DNA of 64,000 bases from NCBI GenBank assembly GCA_964531625.1, contig CAZHEL010000002.1:87559-151558 (forward strand), written 5' to 3'. Position 1 is the stretch's first letter. Every line of letters starts with the position of its first letter. A program made the translations under genes and the position numbers. Positions 40,079 to 51,838 of the stretch are shown one piece after another. Below the pieces are notes generated by a model. It did no database searches. It was given only the letters and a program-made list of their open reading frames with translations, and was not told the DNA's origin. Source of the DNA: an uncultured Gammaproteobacteria bacterium. Its GTDB lineage: Bacteria > Pseudomonadota > Gammaproteobacteria > Arenicellales > Arenicellaceae.

Positions 40079-40146
40079 TTATTGATTTAAATCCGTTAAA
40101 AATCTGTTTAAAAATAATTCTATAAAAAGTCGTTAAAAATCCAAAG

Positions 40147-40197
40147 CGTTTAGAAACCCAAATCTGTTAGAAACCAGAATCTGTTAGAAACCAGAGT
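40147..40197. repeat. 3 x 17-nt tandem repeat; the last copy holds the kdsA stop codon and final codons
   Basis: cgtttagaaacccaaat / ctgttagaaaccagaat / ctgttagaaaccagagt. The rest of the eno-kdsA spacer (40085-40146) looks like further decayed copies (ccgttaaaaatc, tcgttaaaaatc). Confidence 0.8.
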
Positions 40198-41020
40198 CGT
40201 CAAAACCACCCTCTTTAGTGGCTTGGTCAATTTGCTTTAATACGCTCAATAGCGATTTCAATTTTTGCGTTGGCCAGGCATTTGGCCCATCACTTTTGGC
40301 ATTTGCAGGGTCTGGATGAGTTTCCATAAACAAACCCGATACCCCTGCTGCAACGGCGGCACGCGCTAGCACAGGTACAAACTCACGTTGCCCACCGGAG
40401 CGATCACCTTGCCCACCCGGTAATTGAACTGAATGTGTGGCATCAAATACTACCGGGCAGCCAGTCTCTCGCATTTGCGCGAGGCCACGCATATCAACCA
40501 CTAGGTTGTTGTATCCAAAAGACGCACCGCGCTCGCACACGGTGATACGGTCTTTGCCGCCTGCGGCTTCTGCCTTTTTGGTGACATTAATCATTTCAGG
40601 CGGCGATAAGAATTGACCTTTTTTTATATTGGCCGGTATGCCGCATGCCCCTACCGCTTCGATCAGGTCGGTCTGGCGACACAAAAATGCGGGCGTCTGA
40701 ACCATATCGACAAACTTAGCTGCTAGAGTTACTTGTTGCGGCGTATGCACATCTGTCAGCACTGGCAAGCCTGTGGTTTCACGTACTTCTTGGAGAATCT
40801 CTAAACCCTCTTCGATACCTGGGCCGCGAAACGAGGTGCCAGAGGTGCGGTTGGCTTTATCAAAAGAAGATTTATAAAGAGTATTAACACCCAACTCACC
40901 CGTGATATCGCGCACCATTTTGGCGGTTTCTAATGCATGCTCGCGAGACTCAATAACGCAGGGCCCAGCGATAAGAAAAAAGGGGTGACCTAAACCAACT
41001 TCAAAATCTGCGATTTTCAT
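40184..41020 (-). CDS. kdsA: 3-deoxy-8-phosphooctulonate (KDO8P) synthase
   Basis: [29 protein letters not shown]. The ATG at 41018-41020 (MKIADFEV) is preferred over the track start at 41053, which overlaps pyrG. Confidence 0.95.
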   Translation of the reverse strand: MKIADFEVGLGHPFFLIAGPCVIESREHALETAKMVRDITGELGVNTLYKSSFDKANRTSGTSFRGPGIEEGLEILQEVRETTGLPVLTDVHTPQQVTLAAKFVDMVQTPAFLCRQTDLIEAVGACGIPANIKKGQFLSPPEMINVTKKAEAAGGKDRITVCERGASFGYNNLVVDMRGLAQMRETGCPVVFDATHSVQLPGGQGDRSGGQREFVPVLARAAVAAGVSGLFMETHPDPANAKSDGPNAWPTQKLKSLLSVLKQIDQATKEGGFDDSGF

Positions 41021-41021
41021 T

Positions 41022-42776
<1,755 letters not shown>

Positions 42777-42892
42777 TCAGAAGGTTCTACATGATACTGG
42801 AGCACGTGATTTTGGACAATCGCTTTCCGCCAGTAATGTAGAAATTTATTTAACTATTCCTTTAGCTTATGTCTGGATGGACTATATTCTGC

Positions 42893-44221
42893 TTAATTGA
42901 TTGGACATTCCAGCAGTACCCAATCACTTTGCAACTGTTGATCGACCGGCCCTAATACCACGTCGCTGTTCACTTTGGGCAGCGTTAGCAATGGCAGCGC
43001 TTGCCTGCGCCATGGTGGAATACCAATATCTTGTAGCCATTTTTTCATGTTAAGGGAATGACCCTGTAAGGCTTTCGGGTTCATTACTTGATTCCTGGCG
43101 GCTACTCGAACACTGTTTTGACTCTGACTGCTGAGCAGCTCGCGTAATTTATGGGTAGCATCCACACGAATTTTCTGCTGATACAAGTCGATGGGCTGAT
43201 TAAGGTTCTCCCAATCGATCACCGGGTTAACTTGCGCCTCTTGTTGTGAAGGCATAACGTACATAAAACCTTTGTAAAAACGGAACTGCGTGCCGCTTTC
43301 TTGCAATACTGTTGTGCTCGCAGGTGGATTAGCGAATGCCAGCAATAAGCGCTGCATAAGACTCTTACTGGGGATGTGTAAACCAAGGCTATATAGCCAA
43401 AATCGAACCAAATTGGTTTGTCGAGCCACAGACAAACGTTGAATATCGTCAAAACAAAGCGCGTGTGAGTCATCTAACGGGTGCTTCGGGTGCTCTCGTA
43501 CGTCAACTAAATCACTGATAGCAACCTCGCGCAGTAAACCATTTTCTTGCTCAAGATTATTCGCTGCGCGTGCAATATTTTGAATAGCATCTGGTCGGCA
43601 TTGTTCTAATACGGGCAATAGCTGGTGACGAATCTGATTACGCGAATAGGCTAGCGTGTTGTTACTGGGGTCTTCTATCCAGTCTAATTTATGTGATTGT
43701 GCATACTCATTGATCTCAGTTTGAGTAACATATACTAGGGGACGCACTAAATCCGAACCGTGAAAGGCACTTTTAGCGCGCAAGCTGGATAGGCCAGCAC
43801 TGCCGGTGCCACGCATTAAATTAAACAAAAACGTTTCGGCACGATCTTGTTGATGATGGCCAGTCATTAGTGTGGATTTAGGTTTAATTTGTTCTTTAAA
43901 CCATTGATATCGTTTATTTCTTGCTTCTAATTCCGAACTTGATTCTAAACTTAATTTGGTCTTGATTAAAGGCACATCCAGCGCCTCACAAACCCTTTCA
44001 CAATGCTCAGACCACGCACCTGACTGTGCTTGTAAACCGTGATCGACGTGTAAGGCCGTCACAGAAATATCGGTATCTTCGTGCAAACTCAACTGTTGCA
44101 TCAGGTGCAGCAGCACTGTGGAGTCCACGCCACCGCTGTAAGCCACATAATAATTGCCTTTCCGGCTGAGCGCTAAATCTCCAAATAGCAGCTCCGCGAA
44201 GGTCTCGGCAGAGTAAATCAT
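42893..44221 (-). CDS. tilS: tRNA(Ile)-lysidine synthetase
   Basis: PP-loop VAYSGGVDS, HVDHGLQ, GHHQQDRAETFLFNLMRG. The start is ATG at 44221 or GTG at 44233. Confidence 0.85.
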   Translation of the reverse strand: MIYSAETFAELLFGDLALSRKGNYYVAYSGGVDSTVLLHLMQQLSLHEDTDISVTALHVDHGLQAQSGAWSEHCERVCEALDVPLIKTKLSLESSSELEARNKRYQWFKEQIKPKSTLMTGHHQQDRAETFLFNLMRGTGSAGLSSLRAKSAFHGSDLVRPLVYVTQTEINEYAQSHKLDWIEDPSNNTLAYSRNQIRHQLLPVLEQCRPDAIQNIARAANNLEQENGLLREVAISDLVDVREHPKHPLDDSHALCFDDIQRLSVARQTNLVRFWLYSLGLHIPSKSLMQRLLLAFANPPASTTVLQESGTQFRFYKGFMYVMPSQQEAQVNPVIDWENLNQPIDLYQQKIRVDATHKLRELLSSQSQNSVRVAARNQVMNPKALQGHSLNMKKWLQDIGIPPWRRQALPLLTLPKVNSDVVLGPVDQQLQSDWVLLECPIN

Positions 44222-44462
44222 ATCAATTCCCACTTACGTACTAAGTCGAAACGGGTGTTCAGGGAGGAACTTTCTCTCTAGTACGGTTTTTTAGTTTTTA
44301 TTAGTAAATTTTTCTTCTCGACTCTTACCCTAACAAATACCCTATTAAAGTCGGTCGATAAGCATATCATAAAAAAATAAAACATTGAAGCACCAATAAG
44401 TTATGACACTTTTGTTAAGCAAAGTCTTTGTAGGGTTGTTGCTCAATTTCAAATGTTTGGTG

Positions 44463-47400
44463 CTAATAAATCACTCGGATATTTGATTGTCCGACAATTG
44501 ATTCAAGCTGATCGAGCATCAACTTATTTGGAATTACTCGCCAATCATTAGCGATGTCTAGCTGACAGGTGCCACTGGCTGAGCAATAATCAAAACCAAC
44601 ACTGCACAGGCCTTCGTCCGATGGCGATAATATGCGTTTCAGATCATGCACGGATTGCTGATCGATTTTATCGGCCGTTAATTGAATCTGCATATGCCGC
44701 GCCAACTGGGTGCGCGCTTGCTCAAGATCAAATAATTCGTCGGCCGACAAACGTAAATCGCCGGAAAAATGGTTGTGGCTGGCCTTACCTTTAACCACTA
44801 ACACCTTGTCTTTATGAATGACGTCACGACGTTGATCGTAGAGTTCACCAAACACGCCAACCTCGACGCGAGCTGTTTTATCATCGAGTTGTAAAAAGGC
44901 CATACGTGAACCCGACTTCATGGTCATAACACGCACACCAACCACTAAGCCGGCCAAGGTCACCGGTTTTTTGCCTTTGCCCTGCCCGACATCTAGATTA
45001 ACTAAGCGACACGAGGTAAATTGATCAAGTTCATCAATCACCATATCAATTGGGTGGCCACTCAAATACAGACCTAGAGTTTCTTTTTCAGCGGCGAGCA
45101 GGTCTTCTTCTTTCCACGGATCGACATTTTGATAGGTTTGTACGGCTTCTATAGGAGCAGCGATACCAAACATATCATTCTGACCTGCGGCCGCACTTTT
45201 ATGCTTTTGATTGGCCGCATCAAGCGCTAAATCAATGCTGGCAATCAGACTGGCGCGGTGCACCCCAAGTTCATCGAGTGCTCCTGCCCTTACTAAGGCC
45301 TCTAGAGCTCGCCTAGAGACCTTTTTAATATCTACCCGGGCACACAGGTCATATAGATCTTTAAACGGCCCACCACGATCCCTAGCTTCGATAATGCTCT
45401 CGATAACTGGCTTACCGATACCCTTAATGGCGCCCAAACCGTAGACAATGGTGGTGCCGTCTTTGGCGCGGAAGCCATGTTCACACAAGTTAATATCGGG
45501 ATGCTGAACGGTTAAGCCCATTTCGGCGGCTTCGTTCAATAAAATCACTACTTTATCCGTATTTTCCATATCAGCTGACATACACGCTGCCATAAACTGC
45601 GATGGATAGTGCCGCTTCAGCCAGGCGGTTTGATACGCCACCAAGGCGTACGCCGCTGAGTGGCTCTTGTTAAAACCGTATTCGGCAAAGTACTCCATTA
45701 AACCAAACACATCTTTGGCGATATCGGCTGGCACATCTCGTTGCGCCGCACCCGCTTCAAAGATGGCTCTTTGCTTGGTCATTTCCTCGACCTTTTTCTT
45801 GCCCATTGCACGACGTAATATATCTGCACCACCGAGTGAATAGCCGCCCATTTCTCGAGCGATTTCCATCACTTGCTCTTGATACAATATCACCCCATAG
45901 GTGTTGTCTAAAATCGGCTCCAACAAGGGATGTGCATAGCTAGTTGCCTCTTTGCCATGCTTACGATCGCAATAAACCTTTTCCATTCCCGCACCTAGCG
46001 GGCCGGGTCGGTACAGCGCCACTAAGGCCACAATGTCATCGAATTGGTCGGGCTGAAGATTCTTTATTAACTCCTTCATGCCAGATGATTCCAGTTGAAA
46101 AATAGCCGTAGTGGTGCCAGCCTTTAGCATCTTGTATGTCGGTGCATCGTCCAGCGGCAACTTAGTAATGTCTATCGGTTCTTCCTTGTTGGCCAGCTTG
46201 ATCTTATTGATGGATTTTACCGCCCAATCAATAATGGTGAGCGTTTTTAAGCCGAGAAAATCAAACTTCACCAAACCAATGGTCTCTAAATCATCTTTAT
46301 CGTATTGAGATACGATTTGCTCGCTACCATGTTCACAATACAGCGGAGTAAAATCGGTTAGATCAGTCGGCGAAATCACTACCCCGCCCGCATGTTTGCC
46401 AACATTACGCGCCAAACCCTCCAAACTTAAGGCCATATCAATTAAGGCGGTTATCTCTTCTTCGTTTTTATAGCGATCATTCAGTTCTTCTTCTTGGTCT
46501 AAGGCTTTAGTAAGCGTCATATTCAGCTCAAACGGTATGAGCTTGGCCACGCCGTCAACATGACCGTAAGACATGCCCATAACGCGACCCACATCGCGTA
46601 CTACACCTTTGGCGGCCATGGTTCCATAAGTAATAATTTGCGATACCTTATCGCGGCCATACTTTTGCGCTACATAATCAATCACTCGCTCGCGCCCTTC
46701 AATACAAAAGTCCACATCAAAGTCAGGCATTGATACCCGCTCAGGGTTTAGGAAACGCTCGAATAGTAAGACATGTTCAATGGGGTCAAGATCGGTGATT
46801 TTTAAGGCATAGGCCACAATCGATCCAGCACCCGAACCACGACCAGGACCAACCGGAACGTCGTTCTGTTTAGCCCATTTAATAAAATCAGCAACAATTA
46901 GGAAATAGCCTGGGAAGCCCATTTGTAAAATAATGCCCAGCTCAAACTCCATGCGCTCTTCATATTCTCGGCGCACCTCGGCAGTGGGCCCGTCGGGATA
47001 TCGACGCAGCAATACTTCTTCTAAACCGTCAAACGATTCTTTGCGTAAGTGCGACTCAATAGTTTCGCCGTCTGGAACAGGAAAGTCAGGCAAAAAGTAT
47101 TCGCCCATGCGCAGTACAAAATTACAGCGTTGCGCTATGCGCGTAGTGTTCTCAATCGCACTCGGTAAGTCTGCAAACAACTCAACCATTTGCTCAGCAC
47201 TCTTAAAATATTGCTCAGGAGTGTGATGCTTAACTCGGCGTGTATCGGTTAAAACACGGCCTTCATTGATACATACTCGTACTTCATGCGCATCAAACTC
47301 CTGTTGCTGCATAAAATACACGTCATTGGTCGCGACTAACGGTACTTGATGCTTGGCTGCTAGTTTAGCGGCGCTGGCAATATACTCTTCTTCATAGTTT

Positions 47401-47927
47401 TGCCCTACTCGCGACACCTCTATGTAAAATCGATTTTCAAACAAGGCTTGATAATCGGACAGTATTTTTTCAGCTAAGTTTTCTCGATTAGCCAGCAAAG
47501 CAGCACTAAGGTCCCCGCGCAAACCACCAGAAAGACATATTAGCCCGTCTGTTTTACCTTGCAGCCAATCTTTCTCAAAAATAGGTTTGCCATATTGCTG
47601 ACCTTCGCGAAATGCTTTGGAAATTAACTCAGATAAATTTACATAACCTTTCTCATTTTGCACCAGCAATACCAAATTATAAGGTTGGTTCACTTTATCT
47701 GTGTTTTCTATATAAACCTCAGTTCCAATTATCGGCTTAATTCCTTGCGCCATACATTTATTGAAAAACTTTACTGCTCCGTACAAATTATTAATATCAG
47801 TAAGCGCTACTGTGGGCATTTGGTTTTGCAGCGTCTGGTCAATCAAATCGGGCAGACGAACCATGCCATTTACGAGTGAATACTCAGAATGTAAATGCAG
47901 ATGAACGAAAGACGCAGACATGGGCAA
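44463..47927 (-). CDS. dnaE: DNA polymerase III alpha subunit
   Basis: 1154 aa. PHP domain FVHLHLHSEYSL and PDFDVDF catalytic aspartates. Confidence 0.97.
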   Translation of the reverse strand: MPMSASFVHLHLHSEYSLVNGMVRLPDLIDQTLQNQMPTVALTDINNLYGAVKFFNKCMAQGIKPIIGTEVYIENTDKVNQPYNLVLLVQNEKGYVNLSELISKAFREGQQYGKPIFEKDWLQGKTDGLICLSGGLRGDLSAALLANRENLAEKILSDYQALFENRFYIEVSRVGQNYEEEYIASAAKLAAKHQVPLVATNDVYFMQQQEFDAHEVRVCINEGRVLTDTRRVKHHTPEQYFKSAEQMVELFADLPSAIENTTRIAQRCNFVLRMGEYFLPDFPVPDGETIESHLRKESFDGLEEVLLRRYPDGPTAEVRREYEERMEFELGIILQMGFPGYFLIVADFIKWAKQNDVPVGPGRGSGAGSIVAYALKITDLDPIEHVLLFERFLNPERVSMPDFDVDFCIEGRERVIDYVAQKYGRDKVSQIITYGTMAAKGVVRDVGRVMGMSYGHVDGVAKLIPFELNMTLTKALDQEEELNDRYKNEEEITALIDMALSLEGLARNVGKHAGGVVISPTDLTDFTPLYCEHGSEQIVSQYDKDDLETIGLVKFDFLGLKTLTIIDWAVKSINKIKLANKEEPIDITKLPLDDAPTYKMLKAGTTTAIFQLESSGMKELIKNLQPDQFDDIVALVALYRPGPLGAGMEKVYCDRKHGKEATSYAHPLLEPILDNTYGVILYQEQVMEIAREMGGYSLGGADILRRAMGKKKVEEMTKQRAIFEAGAAQRDVPADIAKDVFGLMEYFAEYGFNKSHSAAYALVAYQTAWLKRHYPSQFMAACMSADMENTDKVVILLNEAAEMGLTVQHPDINLCEHGFRAKDGTTIVYGLGAIKGIGKPVIESIIEARDRGGPFKDLYDLCARVDIKKVSRRALEALVRAGALDELGVHRASLIASIDLALDAANQKHKSAAAGQNDMFGIAAPIEAVQTYQNVDPWKEEDLLAAEKETLGLYLSGHPIDMVIDELDQFTSCRLVNLDVGQGKGKKPVTLAGLVVGVRVMTMKSGSRMAFLQLDDKTARVEVGVFGELYDQRRDVIHKDKVLVVKGKASHNHFSGDLRLSADELFDLEQARTQLARHMQIQLTADKIDQQSVHDLKRILSPSDEGLCSVGFDYCSASGTCQLDIANDWRVIPNKLMLDQLESIVGQSNIRVIY

Positions 47928-48006
47928 ATTATAAACTGATCGCTTAAATCAAAATAGCAAAAATCGACTTACTGAAACCCGATGCAGCAAATTGAGCCTG
48001 CACTTT

Positions 48007-48564
48007 TCAAAGCAATGCCTTTACGGGTGCAAAACTGCGCCGATGAATAGGTGTTATGCCAAACTCTAGCAATGCTTCACGATGTTGCTTGGTGGGATAC
48101 CCACTGTTTTTTTCAAAACCGTAGTGAGGATATTCAACAGCAAAATCTTGCATAAGTTGATCGCGAGTCACTTTAGCGATAATAGAGGCGGCCGATATAC
48201 ACGGCTCAATACCGTCGCCACCAACAATGGCTTGTGCTGGAATACCGAAGTCGGGACTCCGATTACCATCGACCAAAACCCGATCGGGTGTTATATCTAA
48301 AGCAACTACCGAGCGCTGCATTGCCAGCATGGTCGCATGCAAGATGTTTAATTGATCAATCTCTTCAATACTAGCCTCGCCCAAAGCCCAACATAAGGCT
48401 TGCTCTTTAATCGCCACTGCTAATATCTCACGGCGCTTAGCCGTTAGCTTTTTTGAATCGTTTAGTCCGGGCAAGTCGTATTGCTCGGGTAAAATGACCG
48501 CTGCAGTTGTAACCGGGCCTGCCAGTGGCCCTCGGCCAACCTCATCAACACCAGCAATCTTCAT
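48007..48564 (-). CDS. rnhB: ribonuclease HII
   Basis: [20 protein letters not shown]. Overlaps lpxB by 4 nt. Confidence 0.93.
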   Translation of the reverse strand: MKIAGVDEVGRGPLAGPVTTAAVILPEQYDLPGLNDSKKLTAKRREILAVAIKEQALCWALGEASIEEIDQLNILHATMLAMQRSVVALDITPDRVLVDGNRSPDFGIPAQAIVGGDGIEPCISAASIIAKVTRDQLMQDFAVEYPHYGFEKNSGYPTKQHREALLEFGITPIHRRSFAPVKALL

Positions 48565-49709
48565 TGATTAACTTGTGTATTAGTTTGCTTAAGCAACAGC
48601 GCTTCAATAGCGTCAACTGCTAATTCGCTGGAGGGCAAGCTTAACTGAGGAGTGATATCGGCAAGTGCAGTTTGCATGATTTGATAGTACTCTGGCTCAT
48701 CGATTAGTCTAGACATCTCGGCAACGGCATTCTCTACACTGGCCGCTTCTTGCAACAGCTCAACCACAATCGGTGGCTTGATCAAATGATTTGGCATGGA
48801 CACATGCTCTACCACCAAAGTACGTTTACCTATAAATTCATTGAGCTTGCCAACCTTGTACATGACCACCATAGGTTTAGCAAACAAGGCGGCTTCTAGT
48901 GCGGCGGTACCCGACGCTAACAAAGCCATATCGCATAAAGCTAGCAAGTCTTGCGAGCCGCCTTGAATAATTTTTACCGGATATTGCTCAACCTTAAGTT
49001 CATCCACTAAATAACGAAATATTTTATCGTTAGCAGCCGGTATTGCGAAACTTAAATCTGGGTACTTTTGAGTTAATTCCCTAATTGTTTCAAGCATGAT
49101 TGGCGCAAGCTTGGATACCTCTCCCATACGGCTGCCCGGCAATACTGCAACTAACTTTTGCCCTTCAGGTATACACTGCTCCTTGAGCACTTTATCAGGC
49201 ACCCAATTAGCTACTTTGTTGGCCATAGGATGACCAACAAATTTTACTGGGGTATTGTTTTTGATGTAATAGGTTTCTTCAAATGGAAATAGCGTTAACA
49301 TCAAATTAATGGCTTTGCGTATCTTTTTAATACGCCCGCCACGCCATGCCCACACCGTAGGGCTGACATAATGGACGGTAGGAATGCCCGCTTGTTTCAA
49401 TTTGCGCTCTAAACCCAAATTGAAATCTGGCACATCAATGCCTATAAACACATCGGGTTTCCATGCCAACATATGCTGGCGAATAGTTTTACGAATTTGT
49501 AGAATTTCGCGCAGGCTAGACAACAAGCCTTCAAATCCCATAATGCTAATTTTGTCCATTTCGGCCAGAGTAACGGCGCCATTTTGTTGCATTTGTGGTC
49601 CACACAGACCGACAAATTCCGCGTCAGGATAACGTTCTTTTATGGTTTTTATTAGCTCGCTGCCTAGATAATCGCCAGATTTTTCGCCTGCAACAATACC
49701 GACTTTCAT
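48561..49709 (-). CDS. lpxB: lipid-A-disaccharide synthase
   Basis: 382 aa. [23 protein letters not shown]. Confidence 0.92.
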   Translation of the reverse strand: MKVGIVAGEKSGDYLGSELIKTIKERYPDAEFVGLCGPQMQQNGAVTLAEMDKISIMGFEGLLSSLREILQIRKTIRQHMLAWKPDVFIGIDVPDFNLGLERKLKQAGIPTVHYVSPTVWAWRGGRIKKIRKAINLMLTLFPFEETYYIKNNTPVKFVGHPMANKVANWVPDKVLKEQCIPEGQKLVAVLPGSRMGEVSKLAPIMLETIRELTQKYPDLSFAIPAANDKIFRYLVDELKVEQYPVKIIQGGSQDLLALCDMALLASGTAALEAALFAKPMVVMYKVGKLNEFIGKRTLVVEHVSMPNHLIKPPIVVELLQEAASVENAVAEMSRLIDEPEYYQIMQTALADITPQLSLPSSELAVDAIEALLLKQTNTQVNQ

Positions 49710-49718
49710 AGCGCGTGC

Positions 49719-50510
49719 TTAGCGAACCACGCCACGCTTAGAATTGGAAATAAAGTTTGCTAGAGTGGCAACATGTTCTGATTGCCAGTCATGCTGTTTA
49801 AGTTCTTCGAGAGCCCGTTGTACGGTATGACCGGAACGATAAATCAATTTATATGCACGTTTCAGATCTAGCGTATCTTCCTTGGTGAATCCGCGTCGGC
49901 GTAAGCCACGAACATTGATCCCGTGAGTAATCGCTTTATTACCGGCTACCAACATAAACGGTGGTACGTCTTGTAAACAGTAAGTATTGACACCACAAAA
50001 GCTGTGTTGACCTATAGTTACAAACTGATGGATTAAGGTATAGCCAGCTAGCACCACGTAGTCACCTACATGCACATGTCCAGCTAGACTGGCGTTATTG
50101 GAAAACAGTAAATCGGAGCCCAATTGACAATCATGCGCGATATGCACATAGGCCATAAACAAGTTGTTGCTGCCGATTCTGGTAATGCCGTTATCATCCA
50201 TGGTGCCGCGATTCACAGTAATATTTTCTCGAAATATATTATTGTCACCTATCAGCACTTCGGTAGGCTCTCCCTTATAGGAGACAGATTGCGGCTCTCC
50301 GCCGATGGCGGTGAATGGAAAAAATTGATTGTTCTGACCAATGGTGGTGTGGCCATCAATAGAGACTTGCGAAAAAAGTTGTGTTCCATCACCTATCTTC
50401 ACATTCGGGCCAATAACTGAATAGGCGCCCACTTTGACATCAGTACCAAGCTCGGCACCGGGTTCAATTACTGCCGTGGGGTGTATATCAACACTCACAT
50501 CAGACTCCAA
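49719..50510 (-). CDS. lpxA: acyl-ACP--UDP-GlcNAc O-acyltransferase
   Basis: 263 aa. Hexapeptide repeats, IHPTAVIEPGAELG, and a C-terminal GLRRRGF. Confidence 0.93.
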   Translation of the reverse strand: MESDVSVDIHPTAVIEPGAELGTDVKVGAYSVIGPNVKIGDGTQLFSQVSIDGHTTIGQNNQFFPFTAIGGEPQSVSYKGEPTEVLIGDNNIFRENITVNRGTMDDNGITRIGSNNLFMAYVHIAHDCQLGSDLLFSNNASLAGHVHVGDYVVLAGYTLIHQFVTIGQHSFCGVNTYCLQDVPPFMLVAGNKAITHGINVRGLRRRGFTKEDTLDLKRAYKLIYRSGHTVQRALEELKQHDWQSEHVATLANFISNSKRGVVR

Positions 50511-50599
50511 ATTTTAAGGTCACCAGAATTCAAAGCTGACAGACTAATGGACACAAGAGAGTCTTGATAGATTGTCAAAATTTCTTATCGACCATTTTA

Positions 50600-51043
50600 C
50601 TACAGGTCTTTAAAGGTAAACATTAAATCGGCCTTAGCGGCAACTTCACCGTCGACTGTGGCAATACCTGTACATTTCCACACATTTCGGATTTTGCGTG
50701 CCACCTCAACTTCAAACACCAGCTGATCACCCGGTTCAACCGGACGTTTAAAACGGGCATTATCAACGCCGGTTAAATAATAAACACGATTTGTTATATC
50801 AATATCGTCGCGACCAACACTGGCCAATATGGCGGAGGCTTGCGCAAGTGCCTCTACAATCAGCACACCTGGCATCACTGGCCGATTAGGAAAATGTCCT
50901 TCGAAAAACGGCTCGTTATAGGTGACGTTCTTAATCGCCACCAAATTTTTTTCCTTGGTGGCTTCCAATACACGGTCGACCAAAAGAAACGGATATCTAT
51001 GCGGAAGATAATTCTTTATTTGGTGTATGTCCAAAAAAGGCAC
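50600..51043 (-). CDS. fabZ: 3-hydroxyacyl-ACP dehydratase FabZ
   Basis: [30 protein letters not shown] start. Confidence 0.93.
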   Translation of the reverse strand: MPFLDIHQIKNYLPHRYPFLLVDRVLEATKEKNLVAIKNVTYNEPFFEGHFPNRPVMPGVLIVEALAQASAILASVGRDDIDITNRVYYLTGVDNARFKRPVEPGDQLVFEVEVARKIRNVWKCTGIATVDGEVAAKADLMFTFKDL

Positions 51044-51097
51044 AATAAGCTCCTAGCTAAAATTCAATCAGTCGTACAACACGACTGACATTAAGGC

Positions 51098-51610
51098 TTA
51101 CTGAGCAGATAGTCGCTTTAATACTTTTGCCGTGATATCAACTGCTGGACCAGCATACAATACGCCGCTACGAAGAATAAGGTCGTAGGATTCTTCTTTA
51201 GCAAGTTCTAAAACTTCTTTATCAACATTGCCCTGAATGCCACGAGCTACTTCATTACGTCGCACGTTGAACACTCGCTCGGTATCTTCAACTAACAACT
51301 GTAATTCACGACGCTTGCTTTGATACTCTAATTGCTTGTTTTGCAAATCAGAGGTTTCTAAAATTGCCGCATTCTTTTCGATATCTTCTTTTAGCTTGAG
51401 CAGAGAATTTTGCAAATCAGAGATCTCTTTTTGCTTTGGCTCAAACTCTGCATTCAGTTTTTCGAATTCTTTTTGCACGATCGGCAAACGATCTAAAATT
51501 TGACGATTATCATAAACTCCTATTTTAAGCCCTTGTTCTTGTGCTTGAACAAACGAGGCTTGAGACATCACAGAAATTATGGTCAAAAGAAATACGCTAC
51601 GTTTTAACAT
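51098..51610 (-). CDS. skp: periplasmic chaperone Skp (OmpH)
   Basis: Start MLKRSVFLLTIISVMSQASFVQAQ (ATG at 51608-51610), with a coiled-coil K/E/Q-rich body. Its position next to bamA supports the call. Confidence 0.8.
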   Translation of the reverse strand: MLKRSVFLLTIISVMSQASFVQAQEQGLKIGVYDNRQILDRLPIVQKEFEKLNAEFEPKQKEISDLQNSLLKLKEDIEKNAAILETSDLQNKQLEYQSKRRELQLLVEDTERVFNVRRNEVARGIQGNVDKEVLELAKEESYDLILRSGVLYAGPAVDITAKVLKRLSAQ

Positions 51611-51838
51611 TATCAATATCCTAAATTGTACTAATTTACATAAAATTAAAGACTTTTGCGGGACGCTAACATTGATCCACCCAAAAGTCTTAATCAAATT
51701 ATTCTATCTTCTTTCAGTCACCGCTTAGTTTAATTATCTAAGCCCATAAACACAAAGTTTATGACGAAATAACCGCAATATTTTTATTATAGTTGTCAGA
51801 CAATTATACAGCATTGTTAATGCCATAATGAATCGTTG

